Source of the DNA: Balanoglossus misakiensis
Lineage: Eukaryota > Animalia > Hemichordata
Direction: 5' to 3'
DNA length: 64,000 bases
NCBI GenBank assembly: GCA_040954595.2
Contig: CM082581.2
Coordinates: 8,969,878-9,033,877, forward strand
The translations under genes and the position numbers were made by a program. The notes under the pieces were generated by a model. That model ran no database searches. It worked only from the letters and a program-made list of their open reading frames with translations, and was not told where the DNA came from. Positions 42,054-55,682 of this stretch are shown here, piece after piece (positions within the stretch are counted from its first letter, which is position 1; every line of letters starts with the position of its first letter).

Positions 42054-42145
42054 TTCAAAATTTAAAAGTGACCGCTGACCTCTTCAGTCTTTGTAAGATA
42101 CGATGTCATTGGTCAAATGGGTAATGTAACGGTAGCGTGGATTGG
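42054..42145 (-). promoter_or_regulatory. G2/M-type promoter module (two CCAAT boxes + CHR) for ARHGAP19, within the shared ARHGAP19/ANAPC4 divergent promoter
   Basis: attgg at 42108-42112 and 42141-42145 (33 bp apart), and ttcaaa (TTTGAA on -) at 42054-42059, lie just upstream of a non-coding first exon whose donor is at ~41971. Confidence 0.5.
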
Positions 42146-42446
42146 AGGATTTAACCTTCGACACGGTGAGTTGTATGGTGGCGCTGTTTTAGATGAGGTC
42201 AAGAGGTCATGTTTCCTCTGTGTGTGTTTTCACAGTATGTCATGCTCGTGTACGCGTGTTTTGTGATCATCATATAATTTTTACACACCCCTTCCCGTCT
42301 TATTTCAGAATCGACACTTGCGACTTACTTAAGATGGCTTCGTAAATGTCAGTCGATCAAAAGTTGGACCAGACAAGGACTAGATTCGTGGACAGACAGT
42401 GCAGTGCAGACGACATCAACCATCGTTTGTAAACAAACACTTCAAA

Positions 42447-45400
42447 ATGCAGAGCGCTTTTCGACAACTGGAAGAAAAACATCTCTCTGCAGAAGTTGTG
42501 AGAATGCTGTGGTCTCCACGTATGGATCTCATAGCTTTAGCCAATATTCACGGAGAGGTAAATTAGCAATATGTTCCTTCAACAATTTACAATAGTAGAT
42601 TGATAGCAAAAAAACTCAAGAAGTTAACTGGTGATGGCATATATACTCTTTTTGCTGTGTAGGTCTTGCTACACAGACTCTCTTGGCAGAAAGTGTGGGT
42701 GTTATCATTACCAACAAATGAAACAAGTAAGAAGGTAACTGCATTGGCTTGGAGGCCTGATGGGAAAGGTGAGATTTGACTTGATAGGTATTGTGTTCAT
42801 GGCAAATTCGTTTAGAGCAATTGGGGCCAAGACTTCACAGCCTGGTCACACTAGTGTACCATATACCTGGTTTTACATGGTATTGTCTTTTATCTTTTGC
42901 AGTCATTCAAGATATTGTTTAATGAAATAGAAATGTGCTCTTGACGCACAGATACTAGTACCTGCAAGTTCATTGAAAGAGTTGTATTGAACACAATTTC
43001 TTTGCATGAAATACAATGATTTTGTTTTTTATATTTATTTTGAGCAGCATTGGCAGTTGGGTATGGCAGTGGTCAATTACTCATCTGTGATGTAGAAAAT
43101 GCAGAAGTTTTGCATACAACAATGTTGAACACTGCGATATCTTGCATGCAGTGGACTGATGCATCAGAAAAATTGCTGGGTGATTCTGTTAGATTAGATG
43201 TAGAAGACTCAGCTAGCACTTATCTGCCAAGATTTCCTGCGCCATCAAAAAGGTTGGTTGTATATTGTCATGGAGACAATTTTTTAACATGTACATTTGT
43301 GCCTATTTGTGATATAATGCTCATACAATACTTACACATTATACATTGCAGTTACAGTTCGTTGTCAAAAATATACAAAGAAGAAAAAGCTGAAGATGCC
43401 AAGAAATTAGATGGCCAAGAAAGGTGAGTGAGAATGCTTTCTTACGCTGCATTGCAAAGTTGGTAAAGTTTTGCTTTTATAAATCTATCTATTTTTGATC
43501 TAGCATTAACACTTTGCCATTTCAAGCTGAACATGGATAGAAAAGAGGATATTACTCACCACACTTGGATTGAATTGGCAAATGTTTGAGTAATTCATTA
43601 AAAGATCTTTTTTTTTTACCTCCCATCAGACTGAATGTACTAGTTGTTGGATGTAGTGGTACCCATGTCCATTTGTTAGCCTTTGGTATTTGTCCCATTG
43701 CTGTTGTTGATTTGTCCAAGACGACAGAGGCAAAGGTGAGTGGTCAGACCACGCCCCAGAGGTGGAAAATATGGAAGTACATCTTTACTAGAGACATAAT
43801 TTACATTGACAGAGAATAATGCATAAGTAACAGCCATATTGTAATTTTTTTTCTCTCAGATATCCCGAGTTTTGTCAGCATCGTTAAGTAGAGATTTGAA
43901 ATCACTTCAGATGGTGGTCGAGCAGACTGATGAACTGACAAGTGCTGATGGTGAAAATAAATATGATGTCAAGTTTATTACTGTAAGATATCATTTTTGT
44001 ATTAATTACATCTTGGGATTTTTGGAGGGGAGCAAAATGTTCCTGTTTGGTATGAGGTACATTAATTCCCAATGCAAAATTGTGGCCAGTAAAGTATAAA
44101 GATTCCTGGTCAAAAACCTAGATTCATCGCAGTGATTGTTGTTTGTTATACAATGACAGTTTCTTGTTGATTTTCTTCAGTATGGAACACCGGTACTAGC
44201 GTCAAGGCATCAGGAAATTGCACTGTTTGCATTGAAGTACGGTACAATAAGTACACTAACTGAGGTGAGTTACTGATTGCAACTTGTCATAAGAAATGTA
44301 ATCTTTTTTTTTTAAAGTTGCAAGCGAAACATGCTGAAAGACACACAGAAATGAGAAAGCAGAGTGAATTGTCCATAATTTTGTATCACAGAGGTTTTTT
44401 TTGTTTTGTTTCACATTAAGTACTTAAACAACACATTGAAAGCTATGTCTGAAGCATATGAAGACATTCTGTTGGAAATGGAATCTAAACTGGCCAAATA
44501 TGCTGAGGTACGTGTGGAAATATTTTGCTTGTCTTCAGTTTATCATAACCTATCTGCATTGCGCATCATGTCATGATAATCCACATTGTTTTTAAGGTCT
44601 ATACTGCAAGGAGAGATATTCAGTCTATACTGTCAGTCTTGCAAATTTTCTTTGTATTCTCATTGCAACAGCATAGATGTTTTCCAATAGATCTTCACAA
44701 ATTTTGGTCACTGGAACTGCGTGTATTCAAGCGTTTCCGATCTATCTTGAAGAGCAGTAACCCATTATATCAAAAAAAATCATTGTTTTGGTTTCAGACC
44801 AAATTTACACCAGGCACAGTAAGTGACGACTTCCTGCAGTTACTGATGTGGGGGAAATGTAGCCAAGAACTGCAGTCGTTTCTTTTACATGAACTCAGCG
44901 AGAAGGGATTGAAGAAGATGGGACAGTCGGTGGAATCTTCGTACACCAATATACAGAAACTAGTCATCAAACATGTACATAGGTAAAAGGACTACATTGT
45001 TCACTGGCCATCATAATATTTGACAAACTGTGGATCATAGAACTGTCACCATCAGAAGTGTTGGACCAGTGAGATTATGAATACTGACCAATTACAAGCA
45101 AGAGTCAAATTTCATGTTGATTTATTCTACTCCGGTGAGATGAGAGAAAGTTATTTTGATTAGAAGCATGTATATCCTCAACATCTCTGAAACCCTATAC
45201 GACATTCACTCTTTAAATTTTGTCATTCAGCATTGGAAAGGCTCTGTTGTACCATTTAAGTGAAGTGAAAGGCATGGCATTGTGGTTTGACAAGTATGCA
45301 GTCATCGGTCTGTCTGCAACTCACATCGAAGGTGAGGCATGACTTTCACATGACTTCTTTGGAGTGTTAATCATGGTCCTTATGATTATTTTGTTGGCAG

Positions 45401-48354
45401 TTAAAAAACACACCAAACTTGTAACAAAATGATTATTAGTATATTGTGATATTACATTATTAATTATTATTTTTGACTTTAAGGTGCAATGGCAGCTGTT
45501 GGCTCATTTATTCTGAAAGCTAATGAATTATTACAGTAAGTAGTCCTGTCAAAATTTGAGGTAAACATGGAATAATGTCATACACTAAAACCCAAATACA
45601 TTGGCGATTTTTTTTTCAGTTGAATTGTAAGAATAAGGTTGTGATCAGTTCTGCCTCAGAAAGAGGGGAATAAAATCAAGCAAGTTGTTACTAATGTATC
45701 CATGCATCAGAAATCTTTGTCATTTTCTGTCTGACGTATCTTAAGTGATGGTTTTTCATTTTTCCTTTTATCAGAGTTATAGAGATTAGCCTTCAAAATT
45801 TCAAAGCATTCTTTCGATGGATTTATGTGATAATACTGAGGCTGTCTGAAGAAACAATTCCACCAGAAATCAGCAAAGTGAGTTGACAACTTATTGTTGA
45901 GAGTGTTGAAGATTTGATGTGAACTGACTGCTATTTGTGTATGGGATGTTGTGTCTTAGTAGTTCAGCCCAATCCAAAACCAGCTCCCTTCCTTCTCATT
46001 TAAAACTTTTCTTATGTTATGACATTGAGTACACAAAATTGAACTAGTGCAAATACATATAATCTATGCAGCAAAGATTTAAAAAGCTTTGTTTTTGCAC
46101 CATCTTTTACTTCCTTCTTTCAGATGACACAGAAAGATATCACATTTGTAGCAGATTTCCTGAAAGAAAATCTTCAAAATGTAAGTTTATTTAATCTTGG
46201 TCGTTGTAATTTTCTGAATTTTAGATCATATTGTATTTTAAAGCTGTCATGCAGTGGGGTTAGGTATATAAAGTTATCGACTTTTGTCTTGAAAAGCTAA
46301 TATTTTTTTTTGCTTTTTAGGACAAGGAATCCCTAGAGAAAGGATCAGGGTTCAGTTTGGAAAGAGTTGGTCAATATATGAAGAGAGAAGAATTGTCATT
46401 CCCGCAGGAAGTTCTGGAAAATCCATGGCAACAGTTTGTGGATTCCTGTCCCAATCTAAGGGACAGTAAACTACTGTTCCGTCACCATGCAAAGAAGTCA
46501 CTCTATCAGCTGTTTGATGATATGGGGTCAGAGGTCAACTCTGTGCTTTCAAAACCAGCAGTGAGTTAAACCAGAATGTCTCATTAAATTGTAGAATTGC
46601 GCAGTTGAATTACATAAAACTTGATGAAAAAGACAATTGTGGCAGTCAGCTTCTCTTGCAAATTAAAGAAGTGATTCATCATGTCTGTATTTTACCATCA
46701 ACAAAGTTGGAGAAGTTTATATCATGTTTATTTTTGTACGTACAGAATGTGATTGGTGAAGGTCTCATGAAAGAAGGAACATCGCATCTGTTATATCAGA
46801 CATCGTGTCTACATAACGACAAGAAAATATTTACACCAGCCATAACACAGTATGTGTCCAGCATTATTCTTCAGCAAAAAAGAAATGTTGCTTGTCAATA
46901 GATGAGACAATGAACACGTATCTTCATCTTTGTTTCATTCAGTTCCCTATATTCTTGTGTTTACCATACATTTTTGTTGTTTTTTTCAGGCAGACTGTGG
47001 AAGAAACTGGTATGTTGTACATGGTCCTTACCACAGAAAACTCACCAGCAGAGAGAGTTTATGTCATCAAGAAATCAACACAGAGTGACAGGTAACAACA
47101 CAATTTGATATTGTACAGCAAAGACATGGATACCAAAGTTATACACTGCTGTTATGTTTTCTTCTGTAAATCTAAGTAATTAAGTAAGTGCAAAATGTTC
47201 ATGGTGTTGGTTGTTTTATGTTTATTTGTTGATAATCAGAGAAACGGCTTTCCTTTTTTTCAACAGTGTACCTTGTGCTTTGGAAATACACTTTGGAATG
47301 CTTGGGGAGATTTCAGCCAATGACAGTACAGCTTCTTACAGGTACATGTAGGTGTGCCTATATTACGGGCTGTGGGCAAGGCTGCCAGAAGATGATTTGA
47401 CTCGATTCTTAAGAGGAACAATAAAATTCCCAAATGAAAGGAAATAAAATGATAACTGTTATTTACCTATAAACCCCTGACCAACATGAATTAAGAAACC
47501 ACTTTTAACTGTGACGGTTAGTTTACAAAATCTTCAATGTCCTTTGTTACAGATGCTTGCAGCACAAAGTACTGGATGTGCAGTTTTATGACGAGGCTAC
47601 ATTGTCTGTCTTACTGCATGAGGACAGCAGTGATGGTGATAACTTCTCTGTGATGGCTCAACTGCCTGTCAGTGCATTCACAGATAAACTGTACCAACCG
47701 TTGGAAAGTTGTAAACCTCAGCTTCATGGCACGAAACATCTGTAAGTCGGGTTGCGTGAAACCAGAGGTCGTTTGTGCTGAGAAGTATCATGAGTCTGTT
47801 AATTAACAGCAACTAACAGAATGATTATGCTACATTTTGACTGACATGTTCACGAGAACTCGTGACCTCATTTGTACTGTGTGTGAGAAAGAGCCATCAG
47901 TCACTGTATCATGTTCTTGTGATTGACAGGCAAGGTTGTGATCTGGGGCCCAGTGTGAGTCAATGCAGACGGTTGCAGAACATGAAAGCTAGCTGTTTTG
48001 CCGTCAGTGGCAGCAGACGAGTGTCTTGTGTGGTAAGTGGTGCAATCATTATGCAGAACTGATAGAAGTAAGATAACATCACACCTTAGGATTGGATTGT
48101 GCCATGTGAAGATGAGATTGTACTTGATGCATATGTCTTTTAATTAGTGTGAACATTCATTTTTGTAGATGTTTTCAAGTGGTCGCAGAGTGCGTGTCTT
48201 CGACATGGATGCTGAAGATGAAGGAAGGGGTGATGTTGATGATGATGATGATGATGATGATGATGACGATGACAACGAGGATGATGATGATAACGATGAT
48301 GATGATATTGATGGTGATAAAGAGAGCAAAAATAGTGAAACCATGGAAATATAA
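42447..48354 (+). CDS. ANAPC4: Anaphase-promoting complex subunit 4, many small exons
   Basis: [11 protein letters not shown]...[16 protein letters not shown]|[12 protein letters not shown]...[50 protein letters not shown]|[50 protein letters not shown], then an acidic tail; stop at 48354. Confidence 0.95.
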
Positions 48355-49319
48355 AAAAAACAAATGGCATGACTTTTTTAATGAAAATTATAAAGTATAT
48401 TGTGCAACAAATTGTACTGTGCATTTGTACCGACTTTCGTCACAGCTGTATCACTGCCTGTATGACAGATAATTGTGTTATTAATAAAATCTCAAGAAGA
48501 TGCAGAAATAATTTTTGGTGTGGGTCTCTTGTAAATTGTGTGCCTTACCCATTCTAATCTGTAAACTGTCTATTCTGTACATTTCCTAGTCCCCTTAGGG
48601 GGACCAGACATAAAAATCACAATCCTTTAGGAAACACCCCAGGAAATTTAAGGGGGGACCACAGATTTCCTACACAATTTACTAAGGGGGGAAGATAACC
48701 AGAAAAATAAAAAATCCTCCGCCCCACCCTCGAAGTAAATTCTGAACAGTCCCTGTGTGACAGGCGACACTGTATAAAAACAAAGTGATTTGTTATATCG
48801 TCGCTATGGGCGCTTGTCACGTGGACGAACGGACGATCAGCTGGTAAATAAACACGCATTCAAACCTTGCGGCGCAACTTCTAATAGTTCTTCTGCTGTA
48901 GGAATCGTCGACCGAATAGATTTGTATTTCAGGACTTCGGTAAGTTATGTGGTAAGGGTTAAAATATTCTCGTCTGCTACACAGACCTCGAACGTGCGAA
49001 GTTGCGAGGAGAGGGATAGTGGATCATCACGAATCCACAGGCGCAGGGTTCACACTGACTGTAGCCTGATTCAACATGCTGAATGTCAGGCTATATTAGC
49101 CCGTGTAGCTGTAAATTCAATGATTGTAACGGGTGCTGCCAGGTTGACTGATGTGTACGCAGCACACCAGTCACCCTTAGTAGCAGTACCCGCTACAACG
49201 TTGTTGATGTAAACATTACATTCATTGTCAGGAATAAGGGCAAGGCCACAGTGGTCGTTGACAAGGCATATTAATAACATAACATATTTTCCCACTCTTT
49301 CTGTAGTTCTGTTCAAATA

Positions 49320-50040
49320 ATGTCTGACAACAAAGATCCTGTTCCCCAAAACAAGCAAGGTAAACTACGTGAGATTGGTAGCCAAGCAGTATGGTCTTTG
49401 TCGTCATGTAAACCAGGGTTTGGTGTGGATCAGCTCAGAGATGGCTCATTAGGTATGGCAAATAAATGATATGTCAAGACTTTTGTATGATTGTCTCATG
49501 TAAATGACCAATTTACAATGCAAAAAGCATTCAGTACATGTGCTCCAGTTTTGCCACATTGCTATGATGTGTACGTCTAAAACCAGCGGTATGAAACAAA
49601 AGACAAACCCATGTTCTTTCTTTTTTCTCCCAGAAACCTACTGGCAGTCTGATGGCACACAGCCTCATCTTGTCAACATCCAGTTCAGACGGAAAACAAC
49701 TGTGGACAGAATTTGTATCTACGCTGACTACAAGTCAGATGAAAGCTACACCCCGAACAAGATATCCATTCGCATTGGGAACCATTTCCATGACTTGCAA
49801 GAAATCGAGGTCTTAGAATTGACAGAACCAAGTGGCTGGGTGACCATACACTTAGAAGACTCGGACAGAAAAGCTGTGAGGACATTCATGATACAGATAG
49901 CCGTCTTATCAAATCATCAGAATGGTAGAGATACTCACATGAGACAAATCAAAGTGTATTCACCAGTGCAGGAAAATTCCATCGCTAAACTACCTGTATT
50001 TAATAGTGTTGAGCTGGCCATGCATAGTACTATCAGATAG
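49320..50040 (+). CDS. ANAPC10: Anaphase-promoting complex subunit 10 (DOC1), 2 coding exons, ~179 aa
   Basis: Exons 49320-49452 and 49634-50040: [63 protein letters not shown], and the C-terminal IR tail. A probable 5'-UTR exon ends at ~48939. Confidence 0.97.
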
Positions 50041-50748
50041 CAAATTAATGATTCACATTCCCTTTGAAAACAATGTTTCTGTGACTTAACCATTGTGGAC
50101 ATTTTACACTACCTCAGGCCAAATTTGGCATCAATTGCTAGAGTAGGCTAGTAGTCATGCAGTTCTAAGTTGACAAATCAGCAAAGATGGCAACATTTCA
50201 AAGGAAATACAAATGTAAAACAGACTAACAACACACTTTTGAGCTTTACTTAAAAGATTAAAATATTTATTTGAAAATAAAACTGCAAATACTGAGCACT
50301 GAAAACATGTCTTCTCATAACTGAATAAATAACATTTCTCCTCAGAAGCCGAGCTTTTTGCAAATACAGAAGCCTGAGCTGAAATGTGCAGGAAAAAAAC
50401 CTATACTGTTGCAAACAACATCAAAGCCCATCAGATGGCTTCAGTAGATGATTTTTGCAGTACAGTAGGATGAATATTTTGCCAATTAACACATCAACTT
50501 TTAATATCACAGCTTTTCAGAACTTGAAAACCAATACCGGGTTTGAAAAAAAAAAAGTGGCAAACGACACGTTAGATCTTGAAATAACTACACTGGTAAT
50601 CCTGGTCAACATTAGCTAGAAAACATCACGAGATTGTGTTCAGTTATAGTGCCACCCATTACAGTGTTCTCTCCTCAGATCACATTGTTCCGTAAATCAC
50701 GTTTCTTGTCCTGTGATAGATCAAACGAGTTGATATGAATGATGAAAT

Positions 50749-51763
50749 TCAGAGTTGCCGTTGATGCTGCTGCTGTTGTTTGGGAGCTTGTGCCTTGGGT
50801 GTTTTCACTGCGAATTCCTTCAACGTGGCCGCTCTACAACTCGGACAATATACCATATCCATGAGGTGAATATAATGGGGATGCGAGGGGCAAGGCATTC
50901 TGACTCTTCCTTTGAAGGTACTGCCACAACTTCTGCACATCACACTATTGTTTACCCGGTTACAGTTGCACTCACTGCTACTGACCTGTAACAGGAAACA
51001 CGAATCTTAGTGTTGACTTTCTACAAGCCAAGGAAAGGTGGACCAGATACACTGCTAGTTTACTTCTGACAAGCTGGGCAGCTTGTGAAGTACAATACCA
51101 TTCAAACAAATCTTTGATAGTTTACACAAACACTGATTATGTATTGTGTGACAACAATAAACACGTCCGGTTCAACAAAGCAATGTGACAAGCTTGTATT
51201 TTTGACAATGCACCTCTGACCTTTAGCAATGTTTGTTGACAAACAGTTTCGACTGCAAAACGCCCCAGGTCTCACAAAAATTCAATGTCAATGATTATTA
51301 TATAAGAAGGGAAATGCACAACGATAACGTTAAACTGTGAAGAAAAAAACACTGGAAACTTGAAACGAATGTATGACTTCCGGTGTACATCCATCTATGG
51401 TGTACACTCAAGTTCATTTGCACATGGACCGATACCTTCAATGTACAATTGACTTGGTCGTTTTCCTACGAAATACAAATGTACTACATTTAAAGTTTTA
51501 CTGACTGAACAAGCAATCTTCAACCCCTACACAACGTGATGCGATGCGATGCCACGGTGTAGGTGAAATAAATTACACACCTGATTTCCATCGCCGGGTT
51601 TCTTCATTTCGGCAATCAACGTTTTCTTCAGAGTCTGCCCGCGTCCACACGATGCGAAAAAGCCTCCACTTGCCACAGATGTTGGAGAAAACAGCGACGT
51701 TTCACTGCTAGGATGTCTCATTCTCCTCACCGGGGTTTCCGAAGCTGAGTTGAATCCAGACAT
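50749..51763 (-). CDS. Small Cys/His-rich uncharacterised protein (resembles the Drosophila CG13380 family), 2 exons, ~139 aa
   Basis: Exons 51763-51581 and 50985-50749 (CAG|gtgtgt ... ttacag|GTC, phase 0). Motif CNCNR...CRSCG..FKGRV...CPSHP..IHLMDM..CPSC. The family assignment is from recall. Confidence 0.75.
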
Positions 51764-52537
51764 GTTTTCTGACTAGAAGTACAGCAGTTGTTTTATCTCA
51801 AGAGAAATGAACACACGTCACTCACATGCAGACAACGAAGACAAACTAAATCAATGGTCACGTGACGATGGTCTAACTTTCACGCGAAACCAACGAGGGC
51901 GCTCTTTGGTCAGTCTTCATTACAACCTCATCCCCGACAATTTATTTTTTTGCATTTTTACCTCGTTTTTCTAATTTCTGAAACACGATAACATGACACA
52001 ACCAACCGTGGAATCCTATAGTTTTGATTCACAATCGTCTATGGAAAGGATCTTAGGCGGCGGACCGGAGCGCCCGCACACGACTGTATGTTTCGGTCTT
52101 ATGAATAGCCAGGTCTAATGATAGGAAACCTACCGAGATCTCACATCCATCTACAAACTGTGGAGCTGGAGGTATTCATGTTCAATGCAGTGAATAAAAA
52201 ACAGATTAACAACTAACAACACTTGTGTGGAGGGAGTGTGGTTTGTGAGAGGCTTTTCACTGTGGAAATGTTTCAATTCAACAAGCCATGATCGTTCTAC
52301 GGACACCGAGCTCCCTAGCCCGGAGACCAGGGCGTTCTGACAAAGCGCTGAGTTGCGCTGCGTCCATAACAATAATGGTTTGATCACACAGTCAAAACAA
52401 TATTGTCTGCAGTTCAATTGATTGCGGCCAGTGGTCCTGTTTTCCCATAGTGCTTTGAGACGGCCCGCCCCCTTGTTAATAAATGTCCAGAACCTCAGTC
52501 AGTGGTCACTGGTCAGTGGTCGAGGAACTCGGAAGTC

Positions 52538-55500
52538 ATGGCAGGCCATTTGTATATAAAACTGGCAGGTGGCAATAAAATACCAGCATTTGGTTTAGGT
52601 ACTTGGAAGGTAAGATGACATTAATTGCCTAAACACAGTCATCTGATCTCCGAGCGCGAGATACCTGCTTATGAACTTGTGTTCAGAACGCACGCGGTCT
52701 GAAAATGGACGTTGACCCTCATGCTCATGATATTAATTTAGACATTGTAAATTGGACATAAATTATTCGCGTATAGTGTATACACAATCACAGTGCTTGT
52801 CAGATAAGGTGACGTTATCGGTTACATTGTGAAGCTGGAGAACACTTTATGGCCATTTTATTGTGTTGTGTGTGCTGGTCAAATGAAAACGGGACTGTTG
52901 GATATGTTATGTAACGTTAGTCGACATCAAGGACAAAATATTATGTAACTACATATCGTTTATTCTCTTGCTTTGTACTTTTTAACTGTTATAATGTTCG
53001 TCTGTGTATTTACTCGCCCATCACACACTGGCCATCGTGTTTTTACGAACTCAAAACCTGCGATGCGTTAAACATAGCCGGCTTAATTAATATTTCATAT
53101 CAAGCAAAACGTTAAACTAACATATCTGGAACTGGAACTCTGATGATGTCAGATTTCACCTATATCCCAATCGGAAGATGCGGACATGTAATACTGGAAT
53201 GATGTCTATCGTATTACTAAAGAATATTTATGTATATTTAGTCAAAACCAGGCGAAGTTAAAAATGCTGTGAAATATGCCATTGAAATTGGATATAGGCA
53301 TATTGACTGTGCCTATGCATATGGAAACGAGGCAGAAGTTGGTTCAGCACTGCGTGAAGTGTTGGATGAAGGGACGGTGAAACGAGAGGATTTGTTTATT
53401 TGTAGTAAGGTATGTCTTATTTGAAAGTGTTCCATCGCTTTGTAAAATACCTTGACATTTACATTTATGTTCGTATGGTACAGTAATGTGTACGTATGCA
53501 AAATAAGGGCGAATAGGATAGTGTTTCCAAAGAGGTTTGAAGTATACTGGCGCGTCTAGATTCACTCTACGATAATCAAACATTCCGAGGGAACTACTTT
53601 TCCCATCGCTAAACGCTACTTTAACGTAGTATAATTTCTTTCAATTTGCCAGCTATGGAATGTTGACCATCATCCCGATGACGTGAAGAAAGCCTGCCAG
53701 AGAAGTCTAAAAGCTCTGCAGATAAATTATTTTGATCTGTACCTGATACATTGGCCAATGGCATATCAAGTAAGTAACTTCATGTACGTCCATAGTAATG
53801 TCTATACATATCTTAAAAGTGTTACACATATATATATTTGTATATATAGGCCCACACATAAAACTTTTTGTTTGTGTATGTATAATTTATTAATATCTTT
53901 TCTGTTGAAACGTTCATTTCATTAATGATTTACTTTGCAGAGAGGAGAAAATGCATTTCCAAAAGATGAGAATGGTAAATTTATTTACGCAGATACAGAT
54001 TATGTTGACACATGGCAGGTATGTACATGTATCGTAGATTATACACATTGGTCAAACAAGCATATGCCAATCATGTACACCGATTTTGATCTTTCTGCGT
54101 ATGAATGAGACTTTTGTTTAATATTCATCTTCCTGTGACAACATCTTTCGTGATAAATTTCCTTGCAGGCAATGGAAAAGCTAGTTGGCGAAGGTCTTTG
54201 CAAAGCCATTGGTTTGTCCAACTTCAACACGGATCAGATTGACAGGATCTTGGCAGTTGCGAAAATTCCAGTTTCTATTTTGCAGGTAAGATAAACTTGA
54301 TGTTTATGCCTCCAAATTCACCAAAATGGTCACTTCATATTTTCCCTTGAGAACGTACCATTTCTACCGTGAGCCCCAGAAAGTTTACCATAGTCACATT
54401 TGTGATCGTGCGTCCATGTAGGGGCACAGTTTACTCGGGGGATAAGTTTATCAGATGGATATATTGACTTTCCGCCACTTTCTGTGTCAATATTTGGTGC
54501 GCTACATAAATTCAGGTCACCAATGGCAATAAGTACAATTGGCGGGGGAGGGTGGGGGTCTGTGCCAGACAGCTTGACCTCAGAACCATAATGATGTATA
54601 GTAAAATGTTAAAAATAAGGGAAATATAAAGCAAGACTGCTCTTGTTCGTAAACCGTAAATAAAATTTCGATGATCTGTAAAACGTCACTTTCTATATTA
54701 TTAAATTGAAGGTTGAATGTAATCCCTATCTGTCCCAAGACGGTGTAATTGAATATTGCAAATCTAAGAATATTGTGGTGACAGCATATAGCCCTCTTGG
54801 GTCACCTGACCGACCATGGTGAGTTTGTCATGAAAATCAATCGGCATTAACTATACTTAACGAAGATGAGAATTCATTTTTAACACGAATAGGTCAACAA
54901 CAAAATTATTGGAGGTTTTCCAGACCACCCACCTTTGGTCTGGGTATGGATCTCCCATGAAACAATCCGATTTTATTTCCATCAGTATGAATGACAAATG
55001 TGTACACGTGTAGACTGTGCAAGTTGTTGACTGTTGATTGATCGACTGATTCATTAGGGTCAAGTCAGATGACCCCAACGTGTTACAGGATCCCAAGATA
55101 AAAGCGATTGGAGAAAAATACAAGAAGTCGGCAGCACAGGTGTTGATACGATACCAGATACAGCGCGGATTGGTTGTTATACCAAAGAGCGTCACTCCAG
55201 AAAGGATCGAGGCCAACATGCAGGTAATACGTTAATACAGGCGAAAGCCAATCGAAACAGTTACAATGTTGCTTCCAAAAATGCCATCCTTATGATGGAC
55301 GCCTAACTATCACTTAAGGATATGCCACATGTAATATTAAGTCATGGAAAATATAGTAATACTCCTTATCTGTTATATTTGTTTAAATAGATATTTGATT
55401 TTGAACTAAGCGACGATGATATGAAAGAAATACGAGGGTTTAATAGGAATTACCGGGGATGCATGATAGAATGGTAAGTGGCCCCTCTCCGTATTGAACA

Positions 55501-55682
55501 TTTCAATAGAGTACATAAGAAAATGGGTAATGGTTGGAATATCAACCCATACGTAGTCTGTGATCAAGCAGGGACCATTGTTTTTTTCCAGGCTGATGAA
55601 AACGATCTCTGACCACCATGTGTTTTTTTTCTGTTTCAGGGTTGGTGACCATCCATACTACCCCTTCAAAAGTGAACTATAA
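52538..55682 (+). CDS. Aldo-keto reductase family 1 (aldose/aldehyde reductase-like), multi-exon
   Basis: [24 protein letters not shown] (catalytic D, Y), FICSK|LWN (K), FDLYLIHWP (H), [48 protein letters not shown]; stop TAA at 55680-55682. Confidence 0.95.
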
